A stretch of DNA of 64,000 nucleotides from Tubulanus polymorphus. Lineage: Eukaryota; Animalia; Nemertea. Of this stretch, positions 23,536-38,002 are shown one piece after another (the stretch's first letter is position 1; each line of letters opens with the position of its first letter). The position numbers and the translations under genes are program-made. The notes under the pieces are model-generated. The model was not told where the DNA came from, did not search any database, and saw only the letters and a program-made list of their open reading frames with translations. Location: positions 29,430,299-29,494,298 of the forward strand of contig NC_134025.1 in NCBI RefSeq assembly GCF_964204645.1, given 5' to 3'.

Positions 23536-26500
23536 ATAAATACCGTATTGCTTACGTTCTTTCTATTGCGCGATCGTTTTATCTCCGTCAGTAGCGCTTT
23601 TTACTTGTGAAGTCACAACATGTCTCTCGGGTCACAAGCTACGAATTAAATTGCTCGATATTTTTAGGAACTGACTGTCCTCCAATCTGCGATGATTTAG
23701 TCTTCGCCTTTTATTCATTTCTCTGGCGCTACTAACGAAGAACGATCCAAGCCGTAATTGATGAGATATTTAAGCTTCACACGGAATTTCTAACTGCAGC
23801 TCGACAGAGAAATTCATCATTCAAAGGCAAAAAGTAAATTCCACAGCGTTGCTGGATTAGCTTTTATGATTAGAATGTGACTCGTGTTTTTCAACGTCGC
23901 TTCCGCGAGAGATGTAAATGATTCAGGGACTTTATTAAAACTGCGGCAGCAGAGTTTGAGCTCTCATCTTCTTTAACACTTCCTGCTGAGCAGCAATTCT
24001 AAGCTTTTAACCACGGATAGAGACGCATCTCCATTATCTTCAGCTTATAGTGTCACTGACTCCATGCCGATTGCATTTTTTATTTTTAGGGAATTATCAA
24101 TGAGATTTAATAACGTATGATTATAGCTATTCACAGCGCGGTAGTATATATAGATAGGAAATGTACTTTCTTGATAAAATGAACTATTAACAATCAAATG
24201 TGCTCTCCAGAAACCGGTGGTGACCAGAGATCTTCTAGGCTTGCTTTTGAAAGCAAAGCGGGGAGAGGGTCAATATCACGGAGGGTACGGGTGGGGAATT
24301 CCACACGATGGGTGCAAATGTGCCAAATAAATGACTTCAGACGACATGATCTAACGAGGATTCGCTGTGAGTGTTCGGATTGGTCTGTAAACTGTTGAGA
24401 GGCTGGAAAGGTAGAATATTTACTATATGTAAAATTGCGTAAACGTAACTCTCTACTTGTTCGTAGAATCATTAGATTAACAACGTAATGAATGTCAGAA
24501 ATTTTACGGTAACGGTGACGTTGAACGCAGGCGTACGTACATACGAGTAACCAGAAGTTTCGGTAATTTCCCAGACTACCGAGAGCATCGTAAATTCGAA
24601 TTAAGTACGACGGCGAATGGTTGATGTCAATTCCTATCAATTATCGGAAGTTTGTTGGAGGCTGTGATCCCGGGAGATCAAATTCCTATACGTTTTTAGG
24701 TTTATGTGTGAAAATGTGACAGTGACACATTACACGACGCAAATGAATAAATATTACGCATAAATCAAAAACATGCCGTTAAAATTAGCTTAGAAGTACC
24801 GATAATGATTTTGACAGCTAAAAATTGCAATTATGTTGTTATAAATGAAAAATCTATTATTAATCATTTCATAATCAGAACGAGCGGCTATTTGACAGAA
24901 ATACAAAACAATCATTTCGTTTCATTCGACAATCCATACGCGTGATAAAAACTCAATGTTACCGATATTCAAGTAAACCGTTCGCACTATCAGTAGTTAG
25001 TCCGTTCTGATTTGGCTCGTACCTGGAATTTGCCAATTTAGAACGAACCAAATCAATGCCGAGAGTTCACATACGTTGTAATCACTGGTCCAGAGACGCA
25101 GGCAATAAAAGCATCTCTAACACAGAGGAAATGGTTCGTTCTGAACCCTTTTTACGAACGGACCGGGATCGATCTTTTGATCGGTCTGAGCGCTGATAAA
25201 GAACCGATTTAGAACGGACTTTTCCCAAGAGTGACGCTTGGTCCGTTCCAAATTTGATCCGACTCGAATATAACGTACGTATTGAATGTGGAGGTAAACT
25301 CGACAAAAATATTTTCAACGAGAGAATGACATGAAACTGTTTTTATTTTAGTCACAAAACACATCAAAATATATACGAAACACGGCGTATCAGTATAATT
25401 GTAGAAACGAGAATGTAAAGCTGGGTTAGTGCTAGACGCGGTAATGATGCGATGACCATCATGTGCATGACTGGACTTCATTATCGCCTGAACTCCACCA
25501 GTGAATTACTCAATGGGATAACCTCAAGTCCACTAGTGAATTGTATCATCAGATGGGAAGCTATTTCTATCCGCGTCGAGTAAAACATGCCATCAGTATC
25601 CGTTACTGGTTTACTGTCAATCGAAATACGATAAAATACGACACCCACACTTAACATTTCAGATAAAAACGATCGACAATATTTCATTTCATGGATAAAA
25701 ATCACTGGTAATTGTATTATATATATATATATATATATGTGGGGAAGCTTCTGCTCAAAGAGCGAATTATTTTGAAACTCTTCATTAGGTCCCCTTTGCT
25801 TCAACGTTTTCTGGTATAAAAAAAAAGTAAGTGGGATCCGAATCAAAGAAATCAGAGTTGACTCTAATTCACAACCTGTGGAACTGAGTCAGGGATTACT
25901 GGGTGTGGGATACAGTCCCACCGCGCAATGATTTCAACCCCACTCAATCAAGTTCAATGACTTCACAATAGACTGAATCAAACTATAACCCATAAACGCA
26001 GGACTGGCCTTTCGTGTACACGCACGGCCACTGTACCTGCGTCTTAGGAAATACAAAATTTTGACAGCTCCAATCTCTGTATCGTTCACGGAAAGGATTT
26101 GATAATTCTTAGCGCCATAATCTTCCCAGAAAAATCGATAACACAATCACTTCCGTCCGGTTCGACGAGTTTATACCGTAACGAAACTGCGGCTGACGAA
26201 AGGCGAAAGGTCGACACGAGGCTTACCGATAGGTTACAAGACGTCTAACAAATTAATCATCGCGTTAGCGGACTTCATTAGGACTCAATGTGACTAGAAT
26301 ATACAACAACAACGTAAATCAGTCGCCACTCGAGAACACAACGACGACTCGTATTCCAAGGTCGTACCGAATAGAACGCGATCGGTCCTGCAATGACTAT
26401 AATCAAAGAAACGACAAAAGATGGATACGAGATAATGCGAAAAAATGTGAGTGGTAGTTAACGATTCCCATCATATTTTTATGAGCGTCTGTAGGACTGT

Positions 26501-27308
26501 AATATGTCGATAAAATCACGATATATTTTGCTGTAAGTACGCACTGTGCATACGACGATTGGCGTCCTTGAAAAAAAAAATATCCGATATATGTACAACA
26601 TTTTGCTATCGTTTTGAAGTTTGCTCTGCTCAAAGAAACTGTTCACGCGACTAGTATATAGGCGGCCAAACTAATGAATTGCCAAAAACTTTAATCGCTG
26701 GGATTTTAAAAAACTAAATTGGTATTTTTACGAAAATCGCTTTATGACTTCGCCTAATATTGCGTTGGTAAGAATTGCATGTAACTGTATAATATTGAAA
26801 AGTTGAACTCCCACCAGTCTTTAACACCGTTCTAAAGACGTTCCCCGTTACCGAATGTATTTATTCGCAGTGGGTTCTTGTAGCTTTAGCGATCAACTGA
26901 GATAAAGCTCTTCTTCCACAACAAGATAACTTCTTTTAAACAATGGCGTGCTGATAAGCGATGCAGTTGTGTATGGCAAGAACGCGGAATTCACTGACTC
27001 AAGTGTGAACAAAAATACAATGATAAAACCTTCACGAGAAACTTCTTTCAGTTAAAAACTGAAGATAATAATCAATTGTCTCACGATTACCTGAAACAGA
27101 AAGATTATCGTTTCATAATCATTATTTCATAACCATTTATGAAACACTGTGTCCCTGTTGTAACGATTAGAAAACCCGCACTCAGAAAGATAACAGTATT
27201 CCTGAAGATGAGGATATAGTCGAATCGCCGAAAATGAATCATTAACTAAAAGAAACATTTTCGGAAATAGTGGTTGAAAGAGAAAATGGTCAATTAATAC
27301 ATTGTGCG

Positions 27309-27350
27309 TTAATTGAACGATTGTTGAATTAATTGAACGATTGTTGAATT
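27309..27350. repeat. 20-bp tandem duplication
   Basis: TTAATTGAACGATTGTTGAA occurs twice in tandem. Confidence 0.85.
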
Positions 27351-30300
27351 GAATAAGTTACTGAACAATGAATTATCGTTAAATATCTAAGTCAAGTGAA
27401 GGGAATATGTTACTAATCAACCGCAGGAGTTAGACCTTAGGATTCATCTGGAACCCGGAACTGCGTGTGCATAAATCTATAGCTCACCGAATGTGAATTT
27501 ATTCATTCAATCAATCGTTTAATTGAAAATATCTGTAACGTGTAACGCTGTACTTGACCATATAGTTTCACTTTTTCATTTTATTGTCGAACGTTATTGA
27601 TATAAAAACCAGGTGCAACACTCGTAAAAAGCTTGACGATATTGAACTTCATTCGTATTTCAATAATGTTCATAGCCACGCGGAGGCCAACATCTGAATG
27701 AAATACCAGGATAAAGCTTTGACTTCGGATCACAGCTATATGTGATGAGCCCCTGTGATTCGAATATTTCTTGTACCAATTCATTAATTCCTATATTCCG
27801 TCTGAATATTTTATATGGTGCTTTAAAAACTCTACGGCCTGTTGAAAGTCAAGGACGAGACACGTGGAAATTACAGTGTTACAGCGAATAAGCTCGGCGA
27901 ATATGAATTCAAGTGGTTGTTGTTACGTGCCGACTTAGTCGTGATGTTTGAATAAATAAAACGTTTAACTATTGGTCGATGTAAAGTAAATAATGCATCT
28001 TTTGTGCTGAAATCCCGTCGCTGATTGCAGTATAAAAACGTTGTAGAATTTAGTTTTATGTTTTCGCCAATACGAAGAGGTCGTCAATGAAAAGTATGGA
28101 CAAACACCTAGAAGTTGACGTCAAAAATATGGCAGTCAATGAGAGACGAAACGCGGCAGTTTGTTAAGACATTGTGGTGAATGCGGAGATTCAATCTAAC
28201 GATGGGGAATAATCTTAATCTATACGAGCATCAAATATTATAACTCCGTCTTTCGTCTCATGAAAGGCTTCCGTTAATCGCTATCGGCTGCTCACAATTC
28301 CATCCAGTAAACAGCTCTTTGATGAGATGGAGTTACTCGACCACAACGCTTCAGTCTTAGACCACTTCGGTTCTTTAGCTAAACCAACGGTCTTATTAAA
28401 AAAGATGTAAAGCCATTTTTGCACTTAAGTCACGAATAGCAACTGGGCCCTGCGGTTACGACTTCGGACAGTCCACAGGGGGATCCAGAAATTTATAAAT
28501 TTAGCTCAAAACGTCCTAGGCCTATTATGTCACCAGGGTACATGGATAGCGAGCGCAAAGGCTTATAGGGGGTTTGGGGCGAAAATCTGAAGTATTGATC
28601 ATTTTCTGAGCGTCTAGTGATTCTAAAACAAAATCACCATGCGATTATGTTATCTCGGTAAAAATCTGTTGCTGAGACCAGGAAGGTGGGAAGTTAAGCC
28701 AAACCCATGCATGAAATTCGAGTAAGCTGGTACGAGCAATTCATCGCAATTTTCGCTGCAATGATTGATTTCGATTGAACATTCAAAATCGAAATTCCGA
28801 TTGTATTTCACTCTCATAACGTTAGGCAGACATTCGCGAGTCCACGAGTAATGCAAACATATAGAAAGTATTGTCAATGAAGCGTCATCATTCATGATGA
28901 CGTCACCCGCAGACACAGATGTCTGTTGGTTATTTGTCTGTGTTTGATGTGTTGTGAACGGCAGCTGGCATCCTATAAGATCTTTCATCTGTTATATACC
29001 GATAACTATAGGAAAAATACATTTCATTATAAGCCTGCCGCCTACACCACGTCGTCCTCGCAGGAAATAGAGCACAGATGAGTCACTAAAGCGCGGGTTT
29101 CAACGAGACATTCAACATTCAACACATACATTAATCAACAACTAACTTCCAAGTAAATCGACGCCACGAAAAATAACTACATATTGCTTAATATTGTCGA
29201 AAGTGAATAAATAATATTGAGGATCAATCAAGTTATCTTGAATTTGCATCTATCAATCATTGAATTGAATTGACGGGTAACCAGTCTAGCCCCGATATTG
29301 ATGACGTAGTACACATCGACTGACACGCTACCCCTTAGATAGCGCATAAAGCGCATAATCCATAGTACACTCAAAGAGTTGACAAGAAGAATTTAAACTG
29401 AAGAAATGATTTATGGAAAGATATATTTGCTACTTCTGTTTCTCGCTCGATGAAGTTCTTGTTGTAACCGAAGACGCAATGTTCAATAGCTTACTGATGT
29501 CCAGTATAGATCATCTGTGGCTGTTTAATGTGATAATATTAACAAGTACCGACAGACTGCGGTTTACTGCAATATGAACGCCGATGATAACATGTTCGCG
29601 AACGGCGTTTAATCCTGTAAGGAGAAATCATTGACAACTTACAAGATAAACCTAATACCGCGAGGGTTTACCTCACAAACTGCTACAGTCATACCGCACA
29701 CATTTATAACATGTATGTATCACGCAAGCTCGGATAAACATTAAACATATATCTATACCTATTATTATTCGAAATATTTCTTCAGGTTGATATACACTGC
29801 TGTACATACCAGGTACGCATACATCGCCTGGGCGGCCTACTGGCATACTAATCCATACGTTGACCTTTTAATTAATTATGGAAGGTTGACTATTATCGAT
29901 GAAATGATGCTAGGTACTTAATGGGATTATTTCCTCAGCATCGATTGTTTGTTTGTTATAGGCGGATATTGATCAGCTATTATTCAGTACAGTACTGGTG
30001 ACCCGAGCATTGTTTCGATAACTCAGTTAGCGTTAATGATTTAATATCAGTAATACCTGGAGTTGATAATGCACGGTTCGCATTGTGTTTATCAATGGAC
30101 AGGTTATAGTTGGAAAAGGGTTAATAAGTCGCAATCTGATGAGAGACTATTTCGCGCATTACAATATAGGGCGATCGTTGCCACATCTCTGCAACTCATC
30201 ATGAAAAACGGAGACAAAGCATTTTCATTTTACGCCGTTATAGCTGCTACGAAATGTTTTGTTCACGTGCACTACGTCATCAATATTGGGGCTAGACTGG

Positions 30301-32445
30301 TTACCCATCAATTCAATCAAATTAATGCAAATTGTCGAAACTTGTCAGTGTGGATCCTGATATCATATCCGTTTAATTTCTCCTAGAGTTATTCATTGTC
30401 GACAATAATGAGCAATATATATGTTATTTTTCGGGGCGTCATTGAACTTTCAGGATAGTTTTTGCTGTTTATGCTACAGTAATAAACCGACAATTTGAAT
30501 AAATCTATTTGTTTCAGTCACATTTCATTTACATGTTTAAGTCATTTTCATTGGAAATAGAACGCGTTCGCTGATTGCTTGATAGTATTTTGTTCAGGTG
30601 GAGGTTGTTGTATACACAATGACTTATTAATCATTTTGTCACTTTGATTAAAAATGAAGTGTCACATTCGGTGTAAACAAGCCTGAAATAAGCGAAGTTT
30701 TTGATTTATTTTCGAATTCTTAAGTTGTGTTTACTCATTTACAATCATCGGTATATAAATGTTTGACAAACGTTGATGGCCGCGTGTATGCAGTGAGTGT
30801 AAGCATTATTTTTAGTTTCACAAACTAAAATATGCTTCGAGAATTCATATGATATCTATATACAAGAAACCAACCGCCGATGGGGCATATCTTGAGTTTC
30901 GAAACCCTCTCGATCGACCCCATCCCCAGTGCCTTAGAATTCAATTTCAATTCAAGCACGAACGCGAGACAATAACGAATTCTAAAAGACGCGAATTCTA
31001 AATGCTAATCATAGTTCTCGGCGTAGAGCAAAACAAAACAACTGAGAAGCCAACCAAGATGATACCGAAGAATCCTCTAGGGAACTTCCAGTGTATTATT
31101 CATTAAAGGCACAACGTGACTTTAAGGTACACATCTTCGTTTCCGAGAAGATTGCAATCTGCAGGCACAGAATATCAAACGATTCCATCCACGAAAAAAA
31201 AACTAAATGAGATATCGACTTCGTCGAGTTGTACTCGGTGGGACAGGATGTTAAGTTTGCCCCGTGAATTATCATGATTTACAATTCAAGTCGTAGGTTA
31301 AGAGTCATATAGAAAAATTCCACATGTATGTTCCCATAGTTAATGATGTATTTTCGAAATTTGGACTCCATATTCTAATCGTCATCTTCAGGAACAATGA
31401 TGTTCGAAAAATAAATCATAAAATCAAAACATTAACGAAGATAAATCGGTGAGTATAAATCATTAACTAAATGATTCAGACGTCTAGTATTTCTTTTTGG
31501 TGTGAATTCTGTATTGTCACAATGCGGACGAATGTATGATCACCGTACGTCGAAATTTTACTCTAACCAAGCGGAGAAATGCGCGTCTCTAATGAAATAT
31601 TTCATACGACAAAAGTCGTAATGACTTCGCGTTTCAATTCAAGGCGCTGAAGATAATATGATTTTGTTTCGAGAACGACTGCGATAATATCGGAAAATTG
31701 TCAGTTGTGAGTTGTTGAAATTTCGGTGAATTCGGTCATTATTCGACTCGGAAGAACGTCACGCGCATAAAATGTGCGAGTTAGTATTTCATATGAAATA
31801 CGCAATGAATTTGATATTGAATTCGAGGAATAGAAATCTAAATTCAGTTTTCAAACAAACACTTGACTGAAGCTCCAAGGCGGCGCACTGAGTAAAATAA
31901 TATTGGAGACGCGCAAGAATGAATAGGTTTACAATATAGGTTAATAATAATAGTTTTTCATACAAAAAGTGACCCGAACTCGCTCAAAAATGTATCTGAT
32001 TCTATTGTGAACAGTACTGGAGATGTTCTGTTGCCATATGTTGACTGCGAGTGAAATAGAAACCGCTTTGAAGCTGCAGATATTTCATAGGCCAGACAGA
32101 GCTGTATTGTCATTTGGGAAACATTTGGTACTAATCAATTTTCGAAAGTTAATTGATAACTGATTCGCCATTGATATCGATTGACCCAAGAGTTAAGTAC
32201 ATTAAGGATATCCTCAGTATAAGACTGCAACCGGCACATTGTATTATGAACCTATTTATTCACGCTCGTCTTTTATCCAAGATAACATCTCCGATATTTT
32301 TTTACTCCGAGCGCCGTCTTGAAGCTTCAGTCAACAGTAAGGTTCCACAAATATCGTGAATATTGTTCAAAGGTGTAGTTACGTAAACACTTAAAGTATA
32401 TAAGAACTGACGCATACAAAAGATACAACAACAAAATGAACCTAC

Positions 32446-33100
32446 CTAATGTAGCAACAGTAGAAACGTACGTCCAATTATGATTTAAAACCATGTCCAA
32501 TAAAGCCCTGGCCTGTTGCGCATCTGAAGGAACGACTCGTAAAAAATATTCAAAGAAATCCCTCGAACTGAGATCCTGACTGGTAGCTGAGTATCCGATT
32601 TGCGGAACTCGGAATAACTGTAACAGGTTAGCCACCTGAATAGTGACGCTACTAGACCCAGGTCCTATCAAAGCCGCAATAGGTTGACCTCGATTCCCGC
32701 ATGAAGAATTCGAAGAAACGTTACTATTCAAAGTCTCTTGACTGGCTATAGAATTTTTTATAAAATCTATACTATTTTCCAGCGCTATCGGACTGTACCA
32801 ACACGAATCGCGGATATCATATCCAAGTGTTATATTCGGTAGAATATCATTGCTGGCGTTTATTTCATCGATGACCATAAAAAATGTTTCGATTCTGTGT
32901 ATTCCGTATTGTGTCCAGATATCTCCACACTGACGCGTAAACGCTGATTTCACACTCGGCTGGTTATGAATCGGAAATAAAGCGCCCAAAATGATATCGC
33001 CTTCGGCGTGGGCCGTTTTTATTTTCCTCGCAGCGCTGGCCCGCATGAAAGCATCGTGAAAATAGATTAAACATACTAACAACATCCAGCAATACTCCAT
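32446..33100 (-). CDS. GRM1/5-like: mGluR coding exon 1 (signal peptide, N-terminal Venus flytrap)
   Basis: MEYCW...WTYVSTVATL, with donor G|gtaggt at 32445. Confidence 0.95.
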
Positions 33101-33346
33101 ACCTCCTGTTTCTTATCAACCGTTACTTGCTAGGTACATTTTATCGCAACGCTCAGATCTCGCGCCGTTGCCTTTCGATGCAACTCAAGCTACAACGAAG
33201 CGAACTGCATGATGTCACGATCGGCTTTGCCGAGTCCCATTGGAAGGCCAGTGTACATTATTAATTGCGCCGTTCTTCGTTCTAACATATCCACTTTATG
33301 CCAACATGAAGCCGTCTCGCCGAACCAAATCATCCCCCTAGCTTAT
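33101..33346 (-). promoter_or_regulatory. Putative 5'UTR portion of the first mGluR coding exon, containing uORFs
   Basis: Acceptor tattctcgttgcag ends at 33347; seven ATGs lie upstream of the main start. Confidence 0.55.
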
Positions 33347-34163
33347 CTGCAACGAGAATAAATGAGATGTTTAGCTACAAGTCACTTGTTACATTGAGAA
33401 CACTTGAAATCTGTTACAAATTCACGTTCGTAACGTTTACTTTCACTGGTGGATGAAAAGGAAGACGAAATGACGAAATGAAAGAAGAAATCGGTGAGAA
33501 ACAAAGAAAAGTTTCACTACTGTGTTTATAGAAAAGACTATCAAAATATAAACATTCATTGAAACACACTCTAAAAGCGCTACATGTTTTTTATTATAAT
33601 TCATGAAATTTCTTTGCGTTTTTAAATTTTTCACACATAACAAACAGTTTGAGCTATCTGAGCTATTTTACGAACGCGGTGGATTTTAACGATTTTTCAA
33701 CTATATCTAAATCACGGGATTTTTTTACCTTGCACTCGTTAGATTTTATCCATTATTGGCGACGGATTTTATCACAAAAAAAGCCAGTTGGAAATAATTT
33801 CTAGAGTACTACTGCTACTCGTCGTGACACGGACACGTGTAATACTGCTAATAGAATTTGTAGTCGGAGTTTCTCGTCATAAATAAGGTAAAAACTCACT
33901 TCCAAGTATCGCAATTAACGCATTTACATGTAAAGTGCACTTACCTTCGACTCGACAAGTAAGACTATTTACGTGTAACAAGTTGTCAAGTAGTTTTTGA
34001 TATCAAACTGTAGATTGCAATGAATGTAATTACAACGGAGCATATAAAACATGATGAATATTCTCTGATATATAATTCACACTGTGACTGTGAGGAATTT
34101 TTAAATTTCCAATATTTCCCACATTCCTCTTAAGTAGCCGCGTTCAAAATAACTGACGTCGTG

Positions 34164-34240
34164 AGCTACTGATAGCTACTGATAGCTACTGATCTGCTAG
34201 AAACTACCGACAGCTATTGAGAGCGACTATGAGTTACTGG
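34164..34240. repeat. 10-bp minisatellite (AGCTACTGAT x3 plus degenerate copies)
   Basis: Perfect units at 34164, 34174 and 34184, then decayed units. Confidence 0.8.
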
Positions 34241-35040
34241 ATGAAGAATCTAAGATGAGCAGAAAGTTTCACGCCTCTATTTCACGTTGTTGCGGCCATA
34301 TTGGATCACGCGGTTTTTGCGAGACGATAGGAGATTGCAGCTGATCGGCGAACCATTTTTCCCAAACCCAGAATGACTCATAAAATGGCCGTTTCAAGTG
34401 TAATAGATTCAGGCCCCTGCCCAGAGGGATTCAGGGGTATAGCGAACGAATTTTATCGAAAAATTATACATAAGATTTATATTTTTTCAATAGCATTTTT
34501 TCACGGTGAAAAAGTGCCTTTTTTCCTTGAAATATAACTGCCCCTCGAAAAAGCTCGGCACGGCAATTTCTGAATCTATATCAAAGAAAACGAAAAGACA
34601 ACGGTTTGTTTTCGATTTCGTCGCCTCTTGTCGATTGTCGTATAGTCACGAGAGAAGCCTCATCCCACTCTAATATAATGCCGAGCTTGTTATTACAAGA
34701 ACTGGTGTTTTATGGTCAGTGGCACGGAGATAAAGTTTCGCGTGTATCTGACAGCCAACGAACAATAAACATCCTTGATTTAATCAACCTAATCAATGAT
34801 GTTATTTTACCAATATTGTCGCCTGTATACGTATGACTTATTTATCATCCGACTCGTTATGAAGAGCCATTATATGGAGCTGAAATACACGTATACGACG
34901 CTGTTCTATTCGTAGGTTCGCTGAACCAATTTGTAACAAAATTCCACGATAATTATTCCAGTTGAATCATGCGTGGTGAATCTATTTGACCAGAGAACAA
35001 ATCACGTATTCAGATTTTACAATAAAATTGAATGCTGTCG

Positions 35041-35186
35041 CCCTCTCCCTCTCCTCCGTCTCCTCCCTATCCCTCTCCTCCCTCCCTCCTTCTTTATATC
35101 TCTCTATCTCTCCCTCTCCTTTTCTTCCCTCTCTCCCTCTCTCCCTCCCTCCCTCTCTCCCTCTCTCTCCCTCTCCTTCCCTCTCT
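35041..35186. repeat. CT-rich polypyrimidine low-complexity tract
   Basis: About 145 nt almost exclusively C/T (ctctccct units); a shorter similar tract lies at 48965-49015. Confidence 0.9.
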
Positions 35187-37864
35187 ATCATGTAGTTTTC
35201 CACCGTTAAGATTCTCGTGATTGGTCTGGCTCTCAATTTCAGATAATAACATCTTGTCTTATCTCTCGAACCTAAAAGGATAAGCTCATATAACCGGTAT
35301 GTCTACTGACGTCAAGCATGCATGACTAACGCAGATCAGACGTTTCTACGTCTTACGTTTACGTGACCGTAAATGACGGTTAATCTGTTGGGATTCACGC
35401 ACTGTCAAAATGCAGACGCAAGTTTTGTCTATCATGAGACCTGCACCGTGATTTATCCGCTACCAATTTACCGAATTATGACGCTCTCGCGTGAAAATCA
35501 TATCGCATTTTATGAACCTTTCATTAAGGTTAACACCGTAAAATGCCTCGTGATTTAATTTCAGCATGTTTTGGAACGTCCTATACCTTACAGGATTAGT
35601 GCAGTATCATATAGTTTAATGGATAGGAATAAGGAATATATGAATAGTCATCGACTAGAGATAAGCTTTGATCGGTAGGATTATGGTAATTAACGGTTAC
35701 CAATAAATTGAACTGTGTCCCTCGTTATATAGAATCACAGGCGGTATAGCGTCATGTGTGGGATGATTCTGAAACGACAGATTCTCGCTATGAGAAATAA
35801 CAACTAAAGAACAACCAGAAATAGACGTTATAGTCAATGGAGTAAAATTGGTGATAAAGTACCGGAATGCAATCACAGAGTCGACGTGTAAATGCCGTTT
35901 GATTGATTTGTGAACCGTCGATAATTGGCGCAACATTGGTTCATTATTAAGTCATAGAGGGTCGTGTTGCAGCATTTAAGCGATGTATTATGTCGCGAAC
36001 GGGTTACATACAAGCTGTGACTACAAGACAAGCAGTCTGATTACAGTTACCGATAGAAAAAAAAACAAACGCGTCAGCAGTGCGTGATTGAGTTCTGATA
36101 TAGACGAAGAAAAACACGATTCTCATTCACGAAATCGTGTCCTTGTCTTTCACCGGAAAATGAAATACGGTTGACGAGTAAATGAAATTGAAAATTGAAG
36201 CAGAAACTTTTATAAGCGACGAGAGATGTTTAGGTGAAACTTGATAAAACAACACATACACAGGTTCTACGTTCCATGTGTGACAACCGTTTCGACAAAA
36301 GGTAAAGAAGACTTATGACAAAAATAAGTCTAGTCACTCGTGCACACTAAACGTACACAGAATTATAAGAGTGACACTTTTCAACACCGGAACCTCGTTA
36401 AAACGGATATTCGACATTACGCGACGCGAGGGATCTTGTTAAAATCACTTTCACCCCATGCAACCATTCAGACGCTCGCTAACGATTCAGAAAAACGTTC
36501 ATATTCGAAATGAAAGTTTGGTCGGCGAATATAACGATATTGTTTCTGATATTGAGAAGTGTTTGCGAAGGCAATTATACACGAAATCGAACAGCTAAAA
36601 CAAACTCACTTTACGCTGGTTCAGTCGATATCATTAAAATAGACGATATATTTCCCATCAGGTTTACTGTGAATTATTTTCCAGTTGATTTTCGTGAGAT
36701 TTTGTACTCTCTCGATGATTCGTCGCACCTGATGCACAATCAGTGCAGTTAGTTCGCGATCAGTCGCTAAGAATGGAGGCTTCTTTTTCTTGTTCGATAA
36801 ATTGTAACGTGTTATTCTGTTAAATTAATAGATTACTGTCTGTTTATTATTCCAGCAGAGTCGCTGTATAAATTCCCAGAGGATAGATCCGTCAACTGTC
36901 CTCCTAATATACCTGAAAACGACATCAATATTTAATGCTTATTGGTGTTTCGTGTACTCGCCATCCTGGTATTCGAATATTGGGAATATTCGGTAAATGT
37001 TGACGTCAGTCTTTACTCTGGAGACAGTGTCCCAGTTGTTCGTACATGTTATCACTATTCTGTACCGCTATCCAACTATTTCCATACTTGAATATCTTCC
37101 TAATTGATTAGTTATACAAATACAATACACCCGAGTATTTCATCCGATCAATCAAACATCAGTTTTATGCAAACCTTTTTGCAAATGAACGAAAGACGTG
37201 TGATATCCTCGTTGTTGTCACCGAAGTTCATGGTTCGGGAGCGTTCCGTGAAAAGGATGCCATTTCGGATCGACGGAGTAATTATCATCAGCTTATGGTA
37301 AATGAAGCCACTTTCTAAGATCCGACAGCCATTTCTAATATAAGAGGCCCTGCAGCGAAGGCCGAAAAAGAGACAAAATACGTACTTTGATGTTGACGAT
37401 GATGATCAGTTTGACCTTGGCGCCTTTCGATGTTAGAACTGTTGTATCCAACGCGTTATTTTGGTTCTGTCTGCGCGCGCCGTCCTGCTCAGCTTGCCTT
37501 GTCGTTATATTAAGTAAATGTAATTCCAGTACTAAAGTGAATTTACCGAATCAGTGGCTTCTTATAAATAATCGATATCCATCACCGGCGAATGTAAGAT
37601 GTGGTGAAATCTTTAGAGACTAGTGAACGAGTTCAGAATGGTCTCATTTAGGTCAAACATCGAGGTTGCACGGTGAAAGTGAAAGATAGAGCAGTTGAAA
37701 CGCGCGCATCCAATGCGGCTTCGGAAAATTCGATATCGGGTTATTTCCCACCGTTTTGAAGTGAAGCGTGAAACGTGAAATATCTCATAGGTTGAAAATG
37801 GTTATTTGAGCCGCTTGTTTCAAATTTTGGTAAAATCCGAAAAGTTTGGTTTAACGATCAGCTG

Positions 37865-38002
37865 GGGCCGGTTCCATAGTCGAGATTTAAGTCCAAAAGC
37901 GGTCTTAAATCTTAAGACTGGTCTTAAGCTGTTAGATTAGCTATATAACTAAAATAGTCTTAGACTAGTCTTAAGTCTAAGCCATGACTATGGAACCGGC
38001 CC
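37865..38002. mobile_element. MITE, PIF/Harbinger-like (17-bp TIR, 3-bp CTG target-site duplication)
   Basis: GGGCCGGTTCCATAGTC ... GACTATGGAACCGGCCC flanked by CTG on both sides. A related internal fragment lies at about 56281-56355. Confidence 0.85.

Noticed and set aside
24194-24640. 148-aa intronic ORF as a nested gene
   Set aside because: Non-ATG start, no domain and no supporting exon structure.
33102-33107. AGGAGG Shine-Dalgarno-like hexamer just before the mGluR ATG
   Set aside because: The gene is spliced and eukaryotic, and the 1-nt spacing is wrong for a ribosome binding site; coincidental.
34973-35236. Four overlapping ORFs rich in S/L/P or E/R/G
   Set aside because: Artefacts of the CT-rich low-complexity tract.
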